NCBI RefSeq assembly: GCF_001194135.2
Contig: NC_069005.1
Coordinates: forward strand, 33,491,940-33,529,677
DNA length: 37,738 nt
Direction of reading: 5' to 3'
Source: Octopus bimaculoides
Taxonomy: Eukaryota
Part shown: one piece after another, positions 35,508 to 37,738 of the stretch
Position numbering within the stretch: the first letter of the stretch is position 1
How the letters are laid out: every line of letters begins with the position of its first letter
Position numbers and translations under genes: made by a program
The notes under the pieces: generated by a model
Database searches by the model: none
What the model was told of the DNA's origin: nothing
Seen by the model: only the letters and a program-made list of their open reading frames with translations

Positions 35508-36937
35508 NNNNNNNNNNNNNNNNNNNNNNNNNNNNNNNNNNNNNNNNNNNNNNNNNNNNNNNNNNNNNNNNNNNNNNNNNNNNNNNNNNNNNNNNNNNNN
35601 NNNNNNNNNNNNNNNNNNNNNNNNNNNNNNNNNNNNNNNNNNNNNNNNNNNNNNNNNNNNNNNNNNNNNNNNNNNNNNNNNNNNNNNNNNNNNNNNNNNN
35701 NNNNNNNNNNNNNNNNNNNNNNNNNNNNNNNNNNNNNNNNNNNNNNNNNNNNNNNNNNNNNNNNNNNNNNNNNNNNNNNNNNNNNNNNNNNNNNNNNNNN
35801 NNNNNNNNNNNNNNNNNNNNNNNNNNNNNNNNNNNNNNNNNNNNNNNNNNNNNNNNNNNNNNNNNNNNNNNNNNNNNNNNNNNNNNNNNNNNNNNNNNNN
35901 NNNNNNNNNNNNNNNNNNNNNNNNNNNNNNNNNNNNNNNNNNNNNNNNNNNNNNNNNNNNNNNNNNNNNNNNNNNNNNNNNNNNNNNNNNNNNNNNNNNN
36001 NNNNNNNNNNNNNNNNNNNNNNNNNNNNNNNNNNNNNNNNNNNNNNNNNNNNNNNNNNNNNNNNNNNNNNNNNNNNNNNNNNNNNNNNNNNNNNATATAT
36101 ATATATATATATATAATATGCATCTATATATAACGAGATAAATAGAGTGATAGATGTCTCAATTGCTGGTCAGTAAGTGAAACATTGGAGTGTAACAGGT
36201 CATCAACTGTACTGACACAAATGACTGATCAAGCACCACATGTGTGCATGTGCTTGTATGTGTAAGTGTGTGTGTGTGTGTGTGTGTGTCTATACATATA
36301 TGAGCGTGCACATGTCTACTGTATATACATAATGCATGCATATATATTATATGCATGGCTACATTTATATCCACATATACACATGTGTATTTATACATAC
36401 ATGTATAACAAATGTATATACCTACCTACCTACATATACACACACACACACATACACACACACACACACACATATATATATTATTTTATTTAAAAGAGTT
36501 CCAACTCTGTCTGCTTTTTATGTTTTTTATTTATATTCTTGTAAAATTTATGTGGGATATAGAATATGGAATATATAATATATAATATAAAAAAAGATGG
36601 ATGTTAACAATGAAATGAAGTATTGAATGTCTTATTGAATATATGGAGTATGTCTTATTGAATATATGAAATATTGAGTGTTCAATATAAAGGATTAAAT
36701 ATATAAATATATATATAAAGGCGAATACGTATTTTCTATACCTTGTGGTATTTCATTATGGCCGGTATGACAGACTGTATATATATATATATTTATGCAT
36801 ATATCTCTCTATATATATATGTATATACATTATATACACGAACACACACTTACAATCATAAACACACATAAACAGGTTTACATTTATATATGCATACATA
36901 CATTCATGGATATATACATACATGCACACACACACAT

Positions 36938-37127
36938 GATAATGGTTTCAAATTTTGGTACAAGGGCAGGCATTTTGGGGCGGGGATAAGTCGATTACAT
37001 TGACCCCCAGGGTTTCATTGCTACTTAATTTATAGATCCTGAAAGGACGAAAGGCAAAGTCGACCTGGGCGGAATTTGAACTCAGAACATAGAGACGGGC
37101 GAAACCATTCTCTGCCAGTTGGTCGCT
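36938..37127 (-). mobile_element. tRNA-derived SINE (family A), with a deletion in the head
   Basis: aagtcgattacattgacccccag...gaaaggacgaaaggcaaagtcgacctgggcggaatttgaactcagaac matches the 14407 and 30349 copies. Its 3' end reads caaaatttgaaaccattatc on the minus strand. Confidence 0.85.
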
Positions 37128-37164
37128 TTTTTTTTTGTCATTGGTTTCTTTGAATTTGACGCAG

Positions 37165-37231
37165 GAAATTTCAAAGATATAACTGCAGATAATATTGTTT
37201 CTGTTGATAACCCCAGTACGACCACGGGAAG
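37165..37231 (+). CDS. Candidate internal coding exon (67 nt, phase 1 to phase 2) of an unidentified gene
   Basis: Pyrimidine-rich acceptor ending ttgacgcAG, donor AAG|GTGGGT, and only one open frame: (G)NFKDITADNIVSVDNPSTTTG(R/S). No homology recognised. Confidence 0.3.
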
Positions 37232-37738
37232 GTGGGTAGTAGTAGTAGTAGTAGAAGAAGAAAGAGAAGGAAAAAAAAGAAAAAGAAGATGATGATGGTG
37301 GTGGTGGTGGTGGTGAGGATGATGGTGATAATGAAGATGACGGTGGTAATGGGAGGTGGTGGTGATGGGGGAGGTGGTGGTGATGGTGGTGGTGATAGTG
37401 ATGATGATCATAATATAAATGAGAATGATGACGTCGATGAATATGTTGATGGGGACGACGACGATGGTGGTGATGACAATAATGATGATGATGATGATGA
37501 CAAGGAATATGTTGATGATAATGGAGGGAATAACGGCAACAAATACTACGACCGCTACTACTAAAAGTACAGCAACAACAACAACAACAACAACAACAGA
37601 TTATAACGACAACATTCTTAGCAACAGTAGCCATGACAACTACAACACCGGCCATACTATAGCAACAATCATACGCTCAACTACTACTACTACTACCACT
37701 ACTACCACTACTACCACTACCACTACTACCACCACCAC
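37232..37738. repeat. Mosaic trinucleotide tracts (GTA, GAA, GGT, GAT, AAC, ACT/ACC)
   Basis: Directly visible. Confidence 0.92.

Noticed and set aside
9-36493. Dozens of ORFs rich in YI, HT, CV, SL, RE or X
   Set aside because: They are translations of dinucleotide microsatellites or read-through of N-gaps.

Overview
AT-rich, microsatellite-saturated eukaryotic DNA with 16 N-gaps, most flanked by (AT)n, (CA)n or (GA)n, typical of a short-read scaffold. The repeat landscape looks like a cephalopod (octopus-type) genome; this is inferred from recalled repeat families, not from a search. No intact protein-coding gene is supported. Nearly all listed ORFs are translations of simple repeats or N-runs. 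What is recognisable is decayed mobile DNA: three R4/Dong-type LINE pieces (RT thumb, CCHC zinc knuckle, and C-terminus plus 3'UTR in an (AAT)n tract), a CR1-type LINE 3' end and a related short tail, an RTE-type 3' end, a Helitron PIF1-like helicase remnant, a Penelope-like GIY-YIG C-terminus, and several tRNA-headed SINE copies from at least three families. The most interesting signals are a near-complete type I hammerhead ribozyme fold at 23749-23793, several more degenerate hammerhead-like motifs associated with Penelope-like remnants, a CpG-rich patch with an ETS palindrome and a CTCF-like motif, a candidate 67-nt exon near the right end, and cryptic degenerate satellites. No previously undescribed system can be demonstrated from this window alone.
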